A DNA stretch of 58,612 nt. Origin: a virus. Positions 36,239-46,337 of the stretch are shown here, piece after piece. The stretch lies in IMG/VR virus record IMGVR_UViG_3300045988_050777; one strand, written 5' to 3'. Both the position numbers and the translations under genes were made by a program. The notes under the pieces were generated by a model. That model was not told the DNA's origin. It saw only the letters and a program-made list of their open reading frames with translations, and searched no databases. Every line of letters starts with the position of its first letter. Within the stretch, counting starts at the first letter, position 1.

Positions 36239-36574
36239 ATGGTAAATCTGACAAAATACGATGCTCTGATCGGTGAACTTGAACCGTACACCGTAAGCCC
36301 TATCACATTGAAAAAGGCTCTTGCTGATGCAAATGTGGGCGATCTGGATGCCGAATACGATGCGGAAGCCGATAGGAAACCTATTGCCATTGCCGCTATC
36401 AAGGTATTAAAGAAACTGGTTGTCCTTACGAGTGACAGCATGGGCAAATCCTCACAAGGATATGATGTGGATGAGCTAAAGAACCGTATCAAGGCTATTT
36501 GCAGTGAAAACGGTCTGGAAGTGTCGGATTTTGTGGAAATATCGTCTATCACGGACGGATCTAACAGGTGGTAG
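36239..36574 (+). CDS. Putative head-tail connector protein
   Basis: Position and size (111 aa). Confidence 0.35.
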   Translation: MVNLTKYDALIGELEPYTVSPITLKKALADANVGDLDAEYDAEADRKPIAIAAIKVLKKLVVLTSDSMGKSSQGYDVDELKNRIKAICSENGLEVSDFVEISSITDGSNRW

Positions 36575-36576
36575 CC

Positions 36577-36906
36577 ATGAGATATAACGGTACTTTCAAA
36601 TACAAGGAGATTCAGGACGGGCAAAGAGATCCGAACACCGGATTTATTGTTTCAGAGCCTCAAACGGGCGACTGGATCAACGGTTGTGAGTGCCAGATAG
36701 AAACTTTCGTGCCAGCCAAACAGAAAATCGGTACGGACGGGCAAGTATTCACTTATACCTACGATGTACTTATACCAAAGTGCTTCAAAGGTACGCTGGA
36801 TATTGCAACGCCAGTACAGATAACAAGCGAGGATGGCAAGGTGTCAGTTTTCGAGATTCAAGGCGTGGATAACCTTAACAGAAGATACATTGAGATATGG
36901 GGATAA
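36577..36906 (+). CDS. Putative head-tail adaptor / head closure protein
   Basis: ATG at 36577. Position and size. Confidence 0.35.
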   Translation: MRYNGTFKYKEIQDGQRDPNTGFIVSEPQTGDWINGCECQIETFVPAKQKIGTDGQVFTYTYDVLIPKCFKGTLDIATPVQITSEDGKVSVFEIQGVDNLNRRYIEIWG

Positions 36907-37373
36907 TTCCGACCAACAATCATAGCAGTGTCATTTCAAAGGCGGTGGCAGCGTTTCAAGTAAGGCTTGAAAACGCTACACTATACCTTTTGAAGTTTCT
37001 TGGCGAAAGCCTTGTGAAGTACGCTAAGGAGAAGCACAGCTATACTGACAGGACGGGCAACCTCACAAACTCAATATCCTATGCGATAGTGCGTAACAAG
37101 AAACTGGAATACTTTAGTGAGGAAAACCAGCCTAACAATGAGGGGGCTAAAGCAAGCCTTAATGTGGCTATGCAGATGGCTAACAGCTTGCCGGATGCTT
37201 TCTCTCTCATTATAGTAGCCGGAATGAATTACGCAGCCTACGTTGAGGCTAAGGGGTACAATGTGATTCTGCCAGCGGAATTGAAAGCAAAAAAGGATTT
37301 TCCAGCCGCCATGAATACGCTTATGGCTAAAGCTAAGGCAAAGGCAAATGAATTATTCGGAGGTGTGTTATGA
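36897..37373 (+). CDS. Putative head-tail joining protein (HK97 gp10-like position)
   Basis: Position and size (158 aa). Confidence 0.35.
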   Translation: MGIIPTNNHSSVISKAVAAFQVRLENATLYLLKFLGESLVKYAKEKHSYTDRTGNLTNSISYAIVRNKKLEYFSEENQPNNEGAKASLNVAMQMANSLPDAFSLIIVAGMNYAAYVEAKGYNVILPAELKAKKDFPAAMNTLMAKAKAKANELFGGVL

Positions 37374-37795
37374 TTACAACGGAAGAAATAGCGGTACGGG
37401 TGTATCAAATGCTGATGGAAAGTGAGGTAAAAACCATGATTACAGGCAGCATTGACTACGAGCGTAACGACTACAGCAAAGAAGATGTGATTATAGTACC
37501 CCATGCGATAGACGGTGAGGAATCCGTGCGTTTCGGGCAAATCAACGTAAACATTCATGTGCCGGACATAGTGAGCAAGCGCAAGAATCCACCCGTGTAT
37601 AGGATAGACTACCAAAGACTGATAGCGATAAGGAAACAAGTGATTGCAGTGCTTCAGAACCACTACGAGAAAGGGAGCGGTTACAACTGGAATATCGGTT
37701 TGATCAATCCCCCTATCAAAGAGCCGGAACATAACGAACACTTTGTTTCTATCGCTTTAGAGATAACAGTAAGAGAAAAGAAGTTGAACCAATAA
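37370..37795 (+). CDS. Putative tail completion/terminator protein
   Basis: Position and size (141 aa). Confidence 0.35.
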   Translation: MITTEEIAVRVYQMLMESEVKTMITGSIDYERNDYSKEDVIIVPHAIDGEESVRFGQINVNIHVPDIVSKRKNPPVYRIDYQRLIAIRKQVIAVLQNHYEKGSGYNWNIGLINPPIKEPEHNEHFVSIALEITVREKKLNQ

Positions 37796-37807
37796 ATTTT
37801 TACGACT

Positions 37808-38317
37808 ATGCCAGTATATACAGCAATGGGCTTAAAGAAGATCTATGTAGCCGAAGCAAAAAAAGATGGCTCTATGCCAGCCAAAGGCACGGATTGGTTA
37901 GATCTTGGCGATGTGTATCAGGACACTTGTCAGCTTGTGGATTCCGACCCGGAAACCACCGTACATAAGTCTGAAACTTCCAACAGGAAACTTACACAGG
38001 TAGGCGAAACCGAAACAACGGTAAACCTTTCTCTGATGGATCCTGATCTGGAATTGCTTTCAAGATACTTCGGTGGTACTATCTCTGGGCAGAAAGGATC
38101 AAGGAAATGGACACGACCGAAGAAGTTGCCTTACAAAGAATGGGCGATTTGGCAGCAGCCCGAAGAGGGTATTTTCGTTGGATGCGCCAATGTCCGTATC
38201 ATTCCGAAGTTTGAGATTACTTACTCAAAGACGGGTATCTGCCTTGTTCCTCTGACTATCCAGTATCAAGCGGAGTTACAGGTTGATGAGGCAATGACCG
38301 ACCCGACTAAAGCGTAA
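37808..38317 (+). CDS. Putative major tail protein
   Basis: 169 aa, followed by a strong terminator, the chaperone pair and the TMP. Confidence 0.5.
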   Translation: MPVYTAMGLKKIYVAEAKKDGSMPAKGTDWLDLGDVYQDTCQLVDSDPETTVHKSETSNRKLTQVGETETTVNLSLMDPDLELLSRYFGGTISGQKGSRKWTRPKKLPYKEWAIWQQPEEGIFVGCANVRIIPKFEITYSKTGICLVPLTIQYQAELQVDEAMTDPTKA

Positions 38318-38339
38318 TCCTGATGCTTAAATGTAACAG

Positions 38340-38377
38340 GAAAGCCTCCTGCAAACAACGTAGGGGGCTTTCTTTTT
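38340..38377 (+). terminator. Rho-independent terminator/attenuator after the major tail gene
   Basis: 10-bp stem GAAAGCCTCC/GGGGGCTTTC followed by TTTTT. Confidence 0.65.
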
Positions 38378-38390
38378 AACAGCAACGTAT

Positions 38391-39035
38391 ATGGAAGAGA
38401 AGCCCAAAGAACTAACAAGAGAACAACAGCTTGAAATAGAAGAGCAAGCAATACAGGCACTAATTCAGATGGGAGTTAAATTCTCCGTGCCTTTGAAGAT
38501 TAACCCGGTAAAGCCTCCTAAGTGGGTACGCTGGTGGAACAAACATTTCCCTAACCATGTCAAGGTATGGCATGACAGGCGGATTCCGAAAGATTGGAAT
38601 GTTTCTGTGATGGAATTGCCGGACACCGATAAGGGAAAGATGGTTGAGGTGTATATGCGCCAGTTCCATATAAAGCCGCTCTATCTGGGTACTATTGACT
38701 ATTTGAGGAAACTGTACCTACAAATAGAACTCAATGAGGAAAAGATACAGGAACAGCCCACGCAAGAGGCTAAGAAGTATTTCAAGTACATTTCCCTCAT
38801 GGCAGAGATAGCCGCAGTTGCAGTAATCAACAACGGCTCAATCACCAATCCCGTAAGCAAACAGACAAAGATACTCCGTGACTTCTTCATTGAGCATCTG
38901 ACCGTACCACGCTTGAAGCAGCTTGCCGATGTGATAAGCCAGATGATGAATGCCGGGGGTTTTACGTCCTCTATCATATCAATACGGGAAGTAGGGACAA
39001 CGAAACCGAAGAGCAGAGCGGATATGATAGAGTAA
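38391..39035 (+). CDS. Tail assembly chaperone (G-like)
   Basis: The ORF immediately before the TMP region. Contains a slippery heptamer near its 3' end. Confidence 0.55.
   Translation: MEEKPKELTREQQLEIEEQAIQALIQMGVKFSVPLKINPVKPPKWVRWWNKHFPNHVKVWHDRRIPKDWNVSVMELPDTDKGKMVEVYMRQFHIKPLYLGTIDYLRKLYLQIELNEEKIQEQPTQEAKKYFKYISLMAEIAAVAVINNGSITNPVSKQTKILRDFFIEHLTVPRLKQLADVISQMMNAGGFTSSIISIREVGTTKPKSRADMIE
38957..38963 (+). promoter_or_regulatory. Candidate -1 programmed frameshift slippery heptamer G GGT TTT
   Basis: X XXY YYZ in the zero frame of 38391..39035. The -1 frame is open from 38894 through 39289. Confidence 0.5.
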
Positions 39036-39070
39036 CAGGGCTAAACAGCCCGTGGGGTAATCGTGCGGAA

Positions 39071-39289
39071 TTGCTGAAACTATTCGGCTGGAGCTATGAT
39101 TACTTGCTCTGGGGTATCTCTTGGATGAATGTAGAGATCATGTTGGCGGATATGGCAAAGACTAAGCCGATGCCGAAAACAGAAACGGATGAGAACGGGT
39201 TTCCGAAACCACCGCAGGGAGGCAAGGTTATCCATAGGGAACTCAAAACGAAAGAAGATATTAAGAACTATGTCAAAGGTTTAATTTAG
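39071..39289 (+). CDS. Tail assembly chaperone -1 frame extension (T-like part; no ATG start)
   Basis: The frame is open from 38894 and overlaps the G-like ORF. It ends 1 nt before the TMP start. Confidence 0.45.
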   Translation: MLKLFGWSYDYLLWGISWMNVEIMLADMAKTKPMPKTETDENGFPKPPQGGKVIHRELKTKEDIKNYVKGLI

Positions 39290-39290
39290 T

Positions 39291-42200
39291 ATGGAAAATA
39301 TAGGTGGAGCATTAGCATTCAAAGCCACTCTTGATATAGATGATTTCAAGGTATCAAGCGAAGCGATGGGGCGTTATATCAAAAACGCTTCTGATAATGC
39401 CGTGCTGGAAGCAAACCGCATGGAGCAATCGTTTCTGACCTTTGCGCAAAACGGAGCGAGATATATTGTTTCCTACCTTGTTGGGCAAGGAATGATGAGC
39501 CTTGTGCAAAGCATAGTGCAAGTGCGTGGGCAGTTCCAGCAACTTGAACTGGCTTTCAATACCATGTTGAGAAGTACCGAAAAATCACAGGTGCTTATGT
39601 CGCAACTGGTAGATACAGCCGCCAGAACTCCGTTTGACCTTACCAGCATAGCGCAAGGCGCAAAACAGATGCTTGCTTTCGGCTCGAATGTGGAAAGCGT
39701 GGTAGATGAGATCGTGATGCTTGGAAACGTGGCTTCTGGTGTGAGTGCGCCACTTGGTGATCTTATCTATCTGTATGGCACATTGAGATCGCAAGGCAGG
39801 GCATACACGGTGGATATTCGCCAGTTTGCCGGGCGTGGTATTCCTATCTATGAAGAGTTGGGCAAGGTGCTTAACGCAGACAGGCAAGAACTGAACAAGC
39901 TGGTAACGGAGGGAAAAGTTGGATTCCCGGAAGTTGAAAAGGCATTTAAGAACATGACCAGTGAGGGCGGTATTTATTTCAACCTCATGCAAGAGCAAAG
40001 TAAGTCGCTTACTGGTATGCTTTCCAACTTGGGCGATGCTTGGGATAGTGCGCTCAACAAGATCGGACAGGATAATCAGGATTTGTTCACTGGGGCTATT
40101 CAGGGTGCGATAGACCTTGTGGAGAATATGGATCAGATTATCCGTATCGTACAGGCTGTTACCATTGCTTACGGAAGCTATAAAGCGGCAATCGTGCTGA
40201 ATACCCTTGCAACAAAGGGCTACACGGGTGTTGCCATGATAGACAATACCGTTAAGCAGGCAAAGATCGCTCTACTGAAAGCGGAAGCCAACATAACGGG
40301 ACAAACAGCAGCCCAAACAAAGGCTATGACAGCCGCACAACAGGCTCATGTTGCCGCCTTGCAAAAGGAACTTACAGCGGAAGAGCAAGCCAATCTGGTA
40401 AAGAAACTCCGCATTGCCACCATACAGCAGTTATTGACAGCCCAACAGCAGGAATACTTATCAAACCTTAACCTTACCACTTCCTCTGCCAATTATGAGG
40501 CAGTGGCTACCTCTGTATTGACGGTTGAGCAAAGGGAGGCACTTAGCAAAACCGACCTATCGGCTAAGAGTGCCGTATATCGTGCCGCTTTGGAGCAAGA
40601 AGTGGCAGCGAAGCAAAGGAACAATGCCGCCACTCTGGAGGCTATGCGTACCGATGTCAAGGCGGCAGCACAAAAGATGGAATCCGCCAAACAAACGGCT
40701 GTTTCTGCCATGCAAGCAACCGAAATGGCACGGTATGAATTGTATTGGGCAAGGCAAGCCGGGGATGCCACCAGAATTGCAACGGCTGAAAAGAAACTGG
40801 AGGCAGCACAGGACAACCAGAGTGCCGCCAGAAAAGCCGCATTAGCCGCTCAAACGGACTTATACACCAAACGCAAGCAGTTGGAGGCTACAGCCACAAA
40901 ACAAGCTACAGCGGCTTCTGTAGCGGACACAGCGGCAAAGACAACACAAGGTGCTGTTACGACTGCATTAACATCAATCACGAAGAAAGCCACCCTTGCA
41001 ATGAAAGCTCTTTGGGCTTCCATGAAGAGCAATCCTATCGGGTGGATTCTTTCACTGGTTGGAATGCTGGTTAGTGCGCTCACATTGTTCAAAAGCTCCG
41101 AAGAGGAAGCCACCGATGCAATGGGAGAGTTTCAGGACACGACAAAGAAGCAGATTGATAATCTGGATTTGTTGTTTGCCATTCTTCGCAATACGGAGAA
41201 AGGTACAAAAACGCATGGTGATGCCATTCGCAAGGTGAATGCGATTTGCAAGGAGTATAACAAAACCTTGCTGGATGAGAATGCCACCATTGATGAGCAA
41301 AAGTTGAAGTATGCAGAACTGACAGCCGCAATCCAGCAGACTACAGCCGAAAAAATCAAGGCTAAGTATGTCGAGCAGGAACTACAGGAATATCTGGAGA
41401 AGTCGGATGAAAACTATGCAAACTTCATAAAGAATCTGGGGAATGCAAGCTATGATACTGGAAAGACAAGGACGGTAACGAACCGTAGCACTGGTGGAGA
41501 TTCATACGAAGTGCCGATATATGAAGCCTCTGAAAACATTCGGAACATGGGCGGTGCTGTACAGGAAGCCATAAGAAGCCAGATTGAGGATAACGCAAAG
41601 TTACTGGCTTCCATGTCCGGGGATGCGTTCACCAAGCAATACAATGAAGTTGTAGCAAGCATATTGAACTCCACTAAGGCAGCGACCAAAGCCACCGATG
41701 CGGAGATAGCCGGATTCAAGGGCATAGTTGAATCCTACCTAACCTCACAGATCAACAAGGCTAAGGAAATGAACGAGGCTATTAACCAAGTTGATAATAG
41801 CCTTAGTGCCTATTTTGCCCCAAAGGATGCCACGCCAGTAACTGACAGCGTGGACTATGTAAGTATGTCCTTTGAAGAGCTTGATAAGAAGATACAGGAA
41901 ACCCAAACTCAAATAGATACGCTCAATGCAAAGAAAGTAAAGGTTGAGGCGGACACAACGGAACTACAGAGCCTTAAAAAGCTGATGGATGAGCTTACGG
42001 GCGCAAGGGACACCAAGACTGCCAACCTTAACACGGAATCTGGCATAAACGAGCGTATCAAGCAGCTAAAAGAAGAGCGTTCCAATGTGGTTATCAACAG
42101 TGCCAAATACAAGGAACTGACTAAAACCATAAACGGACTTGAAGCGAGGTTGCCAAAGACTTCCACCAAACAGGCTAATAATGCAGATCCTTTGAGAGAT

Positions 42201-44642
42201 AAGCAACTGGAAGCGGATCGCAAGCTGGAAGAGGCACGGATCTCTATCATGGAAGATGGGTATGAGAAACGGAAAGCCATTCTGGACTTACAGCATAAAG
42301 AAAATCTGGATCGTATAGACCGTGAGGAAAGGGAACTGGAGAAAGCCCGGAAAGCAGCCGGAAAGGGTGGATTGACTGCAACGGAGCAAGAGGGATTCGA
42401 TGAGAGAAGAAGCATTGAGAATACCAGCTACCAGAGAGAACAAAACAAGCTGTTTGACGGTGAAATTGCCTACAAGAAACAGCAGTATGAGTTGTATTTC
42501 CGCTGGGTAAGGAATCTGGGCGAAGATGTGGCGAACACACAGTTTGCAAACTTGCTGAAAGGCGGTGCTTCATTCAAACAATATCTGGAAAACCAGATAG
42601 CGGAAATGAACCAGAAGAAGCAAGCCGGAACATTGACAGAGGGCGAGGGAAACCACCTTATTTCCCTGAATATGCAATACGATGAGATCACGGGTGCAAA
42701 GTCCGCAATGGATCTTTTCAAGGAAAGTGTGACAGAAGCCATATCACAAGCCACCACGCTTGCCGAAAAGGTGCAAGCCATAGCAGATGCCAAAGAAAGG
42801 CTGGCAAACGGAAGTACGGGGCTTGTCGGTGCTGATGAGCAAGCGGAAGCAAGCCTATTCGTATCGGAGAAGCAGGCGGAAGCCGATAAGGAGATACAGG
42901 AAAAGATCCTTACTAACTATCGGAGTTATGAGGAACAAAAGAAAGCCATTCAGGATGAGTATGCGATGTTGCGCTCACAAGCCATTGCGCAAAACAATGA
43001 AGAGATACTGGCAAAACTGAATGAGGGCGAGAATGAGGCTCTTTCTGCCTTAAACGCTTCTTTCCTCATGCAGAGCGAAAGTTGGCGCAATCTGTTTACT
43101 GACTTGGATGCTTTGACCGTTGAGCAGATAGATAAGCTGGTTAAGGATATTCAGGATAAGATGAATACAGCCGACCTGAAACTGAATCCGGCAGACCTTA
43201 GCGCAGTTCTGGATAAACTGGATGAGGCAAAGAAGAAGATACTTGATGTGAACCCATTTAAGGCTCTTGGAAATTCACTTACACAGGTATTCAAGAAACA
43301 GCAGGACGGATCAAAGAAAACTTCAAAGCAGATAAAGACGGACTGGAGCAACCTTGCGGATGCAACCGAGGGCTGTTTCAACTTCGTAAATGATGCGATC
43401 AACAGTTGCGATGTTCTGGGAGATTTACTGGGTGAAACAGGAAAGTCCACTATTGCGATGATACAGGGTGTTGCCACCGCTGGTATCGCCATGTCAGCAG
43501 CCATAGCAACGGCAGAAAAAGGCTCTGTTATCCTTGCCGCCATATCCATTGCTTTACAGGCTATCCAGTGGATTGCCGGGCTGTTTAACAATGATGATGA
43601 ACTGGAGGAAAGAATACAGAACATACAAATGGAAGTGGATGCGCTATCCAATGCCTTTGATAGACTGCAACACTCATACGACCAGACTTTCTGGGTGTAC
43701 AGCGATGAGGAAAGGGCGGCACATCAACAAAGGTTACAAGGTATTGAAGATGAAATAGCCGCTTTGGAGCAACAAAAGGTAGTCGCTCTACAAAGTTGGA
43801 ATTTCGTAAAATATGCCCAACTGACAAAGCAGATAAAGGAACTCAAAAACGCTCTGGAGAAAGAACAAAACAACGGAGATATGTTTGAGATCTACGAATT
43901 GCAGAAACAGAATCTCCGGGAACAACAGGAACTCATTAAACAGCAGATACAAGCCGAAAAGGATAAAAAGGACACCGACAACAATAAGATTGCCGAATGG
44001 GAAGAAGCCATTAAGGACATTGACACGCAGATTGAGGATCTGGAGCGTGATATGCTTGAAACGCTTGCCGGAACTGATGTACAAACTGCCATAGATGATT
44101 TTGCCGATGCGCTGGTAGATGCCTATTGTCAAGGTGAGGATGCCGCAAAAGCATTGGGCGAAGTGACGAAAGAAACGCTGAAAAATGCGGTTGTGGAAGC
44201 TCTGAAACGCCAGTTCCTTGCAAAAGCCATTAATGATGCCGTGCTTTATCTTGGTGAAGCTATGCAAGACGGTGTACTTTCCGACTATGAAAAGAAACGG
44301 TTTGAGGAAATGGTTAAGGAGGGTGCGGATAAGTTCAATATGGCTCTGGAGGGTGTAGGTGACTGGATCAAGGATCAGACGGAAGAAGAAGAGGAATCCG
44401 ATCCCCTTACTGGTGCTGTTACTTCCATGAGCGAGGAAACAGGCGGTGTGATTGCCGGGCGGTTGAATGCCTTTGTGATCAACCAGAGCGACCAGATAGC
44501 CATTATGAAGCAGAACATTATCTATCAGGCTCAAATAGCGCAGAACACAAAGGTAAGTGCGGATGAACTGACAGAGATTAAAGAAACCCTGAAAAGGATT
44601 GAGAACAAAGACAACTCATTACTATCACAAGGAATATCGTAA
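39291..44642 (+). CDS. Tape measure protein
   Basis: 1783 aa, largely coiled-coil with hydrophobic segments. Position is canonical. Confidence 0.9.
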   Translation: MENIGGALAFKATLDIDDFKVSSEAMGRYIKNASDNAVLEANRMEQSFLTFAQNGARYIVSYLVGQGMMSLVQSIVQVRGQFQQLELAFNTMLRSTEKSQVLMSQLVDTAARTPFDLTSIAQGAKQMLAFGSNVESVVDEIVMLGNVASGVSAPLGDLIYLYGTLRSQGRAYTVDIRQFAGRGIPIYEELGKVLNADRQELNKLVTEGKVGFPEVEKAFKNMTSEGGIYFNLMQEQSKSLTGMLSNLGDAWDSALNKIGQDNQDLFTGAIQGAIDLVENMDQIIRIVQAVTIAYGSYKAAIVLNTLATKGYTGVAMIDNTVKQAKIALLKAEANITGQTAAQTKAMTAAQQAHVAALQKELTAEEQANLVKKLRIATIQQLLTAQQQEYLSNLNLTTSSANYEAVATSVLTVEQREALSKTDLSAKSAVYRAALEQEVAAKQRNNAATLEAMRTDVKAAAQKMESAKQTAVSAMQATEMARYELYWARQAGDATRIATAEKKLEAAQDNQSAARKAALAAQTDLYTKRKQLEATATKQATAASVADTAAKTTQGAVTTALTSITKKATLAMKALWASMKSNPIGWILSLVGMLVSALTLFKSSEEEATDAMGEFQDTTKKQIDNLDLLFAILRNTEKGTKTHGDAIRKVNAICKEYNKTLLDENATIDEQKLKYAELTAAIQQTTAEKIKAKYVEQELQEYLEKSDENYANFIKNLGNASYDTGKTRTVTNRSTGGDSYEVPIYEASENIRNMGGAVQEAIRSQIEDNAKLLASMSGDAFTKQYNEVVASILNSTKAATKATDAEIAGFKGIVESYLTSQINKAKEMNEAINQVDNSLSAYFAPKDATPVTDSVDYVSMSFEELDKKIQETQTQIDTLNAKKVKVEADTTELQSLKKLMDELTGARDTKTANLNTESGINERIKQLKEERSNVVINSAKYKELTKTINGLEARLPKTSTKQANNADPLRDKQLEADRKLEEARISIMEDGYEKRKAILDLQHKENLDRIDREERELEKARKAAGKGGLTATEQEGFDERRSIENTSYQREQNKLFDGEIAYKKQQYELYFRWVRNLGEDVANTQFANLLKGGASFKQYLENQIAEMNQKKQAGTLTEGEGNHLISLNMQYDEITGAKSAMDLFKESVTEAISQATTLAEKVQAIADAKERLANGSTGLVGADEQAEASLFVSEKQAEADKEIQEKILTNYRSYEEQKKAIQDEYAMLRSQAIAQNNEEILAKLNEGENEALSALNASFLMQSESWRNLFTDLDALTVEQIDKLVKDIQDKMNTADLKLNPADLSAVLDKLDEAKKKILDVNPFKALGNSLTQVFKKQQDGSKKTSKQIKTDWSNLADATEGCFNFVNDAINSCDVLGDLLGETGKSTIAMIQGVATAGIAMSAAIATAEKGSVILAAISIALQAIQWIAGLFNNDDELEERIQNIQMEVDALSNAFDRLQHSYDQTFWVYSDEERAAHQQRLQGIEDEIAALEQQKVVALQSWNFVKYAQLTKQIKELKNALEKEQNNGDMFEIYELQKQNLREQQELIKQQIQAEKDKKDTDNNKIAEWEEAIKDIDTQIEDLERDMLETLAGTDVQTAIDDFADALVDAYCQGEDAAKALGEVTKETLKNAVVEALKRQFLAKAINDAVLYLGEAMQDGVLSDYEKKRFEEMVKEGADKFNMALEGVGDWIKDQTEEEEESDPLTGAVTSMSEETGGVIAGRLNAFVINQSDQIAIMKQNIIYQAQIAQNTKVSADELTEIKETLKRIENKDNSLLSQGIS

Positions 44643-44644
44643 TT

Positions 44645-45166
44645 ATGGAACTGGTGCATCAAATCAAACAGGATGGAATAGCAAAGGGATTGTGCCGCTT
44701 GTGGCAAATGAAACTCAAACCAGATTTGGGTGTGGATTCCCTTGCTGGATTGTATATACGAGGGATAGACTTCTGCATAAAGAACGACTATCCAACACTG
44801 GACTTCATACGCAGGAACTTCAAAGGAAAGTGTGAGGCTTACGGTGTGTATGTGGATGATGAGGTGGTGGAGAGAAACAGGAAAGATGTAGTGCTGAACG
44901 GGGACTGCAAAGCGATGCTGGAGTATGACGGTTTTACCGTTTCCAACATCTATATCCGGCACAACTCCAAAGCCTCTGTAACTGTTGGCGATCATGCTAT
45001 TGTGACCATTGACGTTTTCGATGATTCATACCTTGCTATCGCTGTGGCTGGCAGCGATGCAGAGGTGCTTGTGAATGTGTACGGTAATGCCACCGTTGAA
45101 ACCGTTGGTGGAAGAGTTAAGATTATACGAACCAATAAAAAGACTTACGGATATGATAGACAATAA
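44645..45166 (+). CDS. Hypothetical tail protein
   Basis: 173-aa ORF directly after the TMP. Confidence 0.45.
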   Translation: MELVHQIKQDGIAKGLCRLWQMKLKPDLGVDSLAGLYIRGIDFCIKNDYPTLDFIRRNFKGKCEAYGVYVDDEVVERNRKDVVLNGDCKAMLEYDGFTVSNIYIRHNSKASVTVGDHAIVTIDVFDDSYLAIAVAGSDAEVLVNVYGNATVETVGGRVKIIRTNKKTYGYDRQ

Positions 45167-46337
45167 TTTAATCCTCTACTTGCCGTTTGACGATCCGGAC
45201 GGTAGCAAGGCATACGATTTTTCATTAAGCAGGGCTGATGCAACGCTTTCTGACGGTGCAACCTTTTCCAAAATAGCGAAGAGCGGTAAATCTTTGTCTA
45301 TGAATGGTGCTGGTGAGTGCCAGACGGACAAGGCTATACCCCTAAGCGGAGATTTCACGCTGTGTTGCTATGTGTACCCGGCAACAAACAAACTGGGCTG
45401 GCTTCTGAACTTTGACGGTGTGGATAACTATCTGGAGCAATGGGTGAGCGTAATGCCTAACAACTGGTATTTCTTTGCCTTTGTGAAGTCCGGCAACACA
45501 TTCGAGGTGTACCAGAACACAAGCCGGATCTTCAAAGATACCATATCCGGCACTCCGAAAGGTCTATCACTGAATGATGAGAGCCTTAACGGTACAAAGT
45601 CACTCATTGATGAGTTGCGTTTGTTCAATGTGGCAAAGTCTGCCACGGAGGTAATGAAGCTACAGGCAAATACCGATGTGGAATACTATATAGACGGAAA
45701 GAACACTAAAGACTTTGGCGTATATGTTTCCGCTTCTTCCGGGCTTCTGGGTAGGTTGGAAAGGAAAGAAAGTCTGGAAGTGGATTGGGATAACTACCAC
45801 GGAAAGGTGATTGACTTGAAGCGACCACGATACAAGGAGCGCACGATCACGCTTGATTGCTTTATAGAGGCTTCCAGCCGATCGGAGTTTGTAAACTGGG
45901 TAAATCTCTTTATGGAGCAATTCGACAAAGAGGGTACGGTGCGCCTGAAATGCGAGTATGACGGAAAGGCAAAGCCTCTGGTGTATGAGGTGTATGTGCC
46001 TGATGAGGTTGATGTGGAAAAGACTTGGGGGACATACAACAATGATCTGATGGTTGGCACATTCTCTTTGAAGCTGGTAGAATGTGAGCCAGTGAAAAAA
46101 GTATTGCGCCATATCGGAAATGCCAACAGCAAGGCTACAATAACCGTTACCAGTACAAAGTTCCTTAATGTGTATTGGGGTGATGGAAGCCACACATTCA
46201 ATGTGCATGGGACGGATGTAGCTTTGGAACACACTTATACCGAAGCCGGAGAATACGACATTATTGTAAGCGGTGTAATTGAGGATATAGAGGAATTTTC
46301 CACTAATGCGATCGTGATATGGGAGAAATTGAGGTAA
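45153..46337 (+). CDS. Distal tail protein-like, with an N-terminal LamG-like domain
   Basis: ATG at 45153. LILYLPFDDPDGS... (LamG-like). The C-terminal half is Dit-like. Confidence 0.5.
   Translation: MIDNNLILYLPFDDPDGSKAYDFSLSRADATLSDGATFSKIAKSGKSLSMNGAGECQTDKAIPLSGDFTLCCYVYPATNKLGWLLNFDGVDNYLEQWVSVMPNNWYFFAFVKSGNTFEVYQNTSRIFKDTISGTPKGLSLNDESLNGTKSLIDELRLFNVAKSATEVMKLQANTDVEYYIDGKNTKDFGVYVSASSGLLGRLERKESLEVDWDNYHGKVIDLKRPRYKERTITLDCFIEASSRSEFVNWVNLFMEQFDKEGTVRLKCEYDGKAKPLVYEVYVPDEVDVEKTWGTYNNDLMVGTFSLKLVECEPVKKVLRHIGNANSKATITVTSTKFLNVYWGDGSHTFNVHGTDVALEHTYTEAGEYDIIVSGVIEDIEEFSTNAIVIWEKLR

Noticed and set aside
39354-44995. Many 60-250-aa ORFs on both strands inside the tape measure gene (for example 43788..44534, 41909..42415, 43151..43651)
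   Set aside because: All are embedded in a single uninterrupted 1783-aa TMP frame. Their low-complexity Ser/Ala/Leu-rich translations are typical of alternative frames of a coiled-coil gene.
45660-46232. Minus-strand ORFs of 190 and 146 aa, plus other ORFs inside the fibre gene (47300..47830, 48824..49243, 50630..50968)
   Set aside because: They are antisense or off-frame within strongly supported tail genes.
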